Shown in pieces: positions 63,924-64,000 of a stretch of DNA of 64,000 nucleotides; the stretch's first letter is position 1, and every line of letters begins with the position of its first letter. The notes beneath the pieces are model-generated. The model saw nothing but the letters and a program-made list of their open reading frames with translations, was not told the DNA's origin and made no database searches. Where the stretch lies: contig JAQUBA010000002.1 of NCBI GenBank assembly GCA_028686985.1, positions 20,745-84,744 of the forward strand, in the 5' to 3' direction. The DNA is from Candidatus Iainarchaeum sp. (lineage in GTDB: Archaea > Micrarchaeota > Micrarchaeia > Anstonellales > Bilamarchaeaceae). Position numbers and translations under genes: made by a program.

Positions 63924-64000
63924 GCAGGGGTGGCGGAGCCTGGAAAACGCGCCAGACTCAAGATTCCCGAATGTGGGAGGAGCCATCTGGTGGCCTAGCG
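63924..64000 (+). tRNA. tRNA-Leu (anticodon CAA), intron-containing, truncated by window end
   Basis: Acceptor GCAGGGG, D-arm GCG-...-CGC, anticodon stem CCAGA + loop CTCAAG then ~22-nt insertion (ATTCCCGAATGTGGGAGGAGCC) before A-TCTGG closing the stem = canonical 37/38 archaeal intron; long variable arm begins before the edge. Confidence 0.5.

Noticed and set aside
1-64000. CRISPR arrays, integrases/transposases, rRNA genes
   Set aside because: No short regularly spaced direct repeats, no recombinase-like ORFs and no rRNA-like conserved stretches were seen anywhere in the window.

Overview
This 64-kb window is GC-rich archaeal chromosome, densely packed with genes, many joined by 4-bp stop/start overlaps.

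The features are archaeal throughout: an RFC small subunit, aCPSF-type beta-CASP nuclease, RNA polymerase subunit N, ribosomal proteins L10e and L18e, class III (pilin-type) signal peptides, ScpAB, an ADP-dependent sugar-kinase fold, and an intron-containing tRNA. Small protein sizes, several giant proteins and low-complexity extensions on ribosomal proteins suggest an uncultivated lineage with a reduced genome. I cannot name the organism.

Housekeeping content:
- prs
- the pyrB-pyrI operon
- tmk
- rfcS
- isoleucyl- and valyl-tRNA synthetases
- enolase
- a TtuA/NcsA-like PP-loop tRNA thiolase
- dihydroorotase
- scpA-scpB
- L10e
- a SufC-SufS-SufU operon headed by an overlapping Lrp/AsnC regulator, divergent from a single sufB/D gene
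- an L18e-L13-S9-rpoN-tRNAPro-S2 cluster
- tRNA-Glu, tRNA-Pro, and a partial intron-containing tRNA-Leu at the window edge

Accessory content:
1. A low-GC islet immediately 3' of tRNA-Glu carries a sequon-rich secreted protein and a RelB/RelE toxin-antitoxin pair.
2. Two type-IV-pilin-like proteins with class III signal peptides flank a TPR-AAA+ ATPase.
3. An ADP-dependent sugar-kinase domain is fused to a roughly 470-aa helical domain of unknown function (920 aa in total).
4. At about 36.7-45.1 kb, a giant 1580-aa low-complexity protein with a possible LysM-like segment, a 580-aa beta-rich partner and a 657-aa cysteine-rich secreted adhesin-like protein form one co-directional block.
5. At about 46.5-55.0 kb, nine lineage-specific genes form an array built from two paralogous families. 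Family A is cytoplasmic-looking and shares a short hxhDhNxLxxx[RK] motif. Family B is about 290-305 aa with twin-arginine-like signal peptides. A and B genes are adjacent to one another.

The array and the giant-protein locus are the best candidates for an undescribed system, possibly surface, host-interaction or effector/partner cassettes. No CRISPR array, integrase or rRNA was seen.
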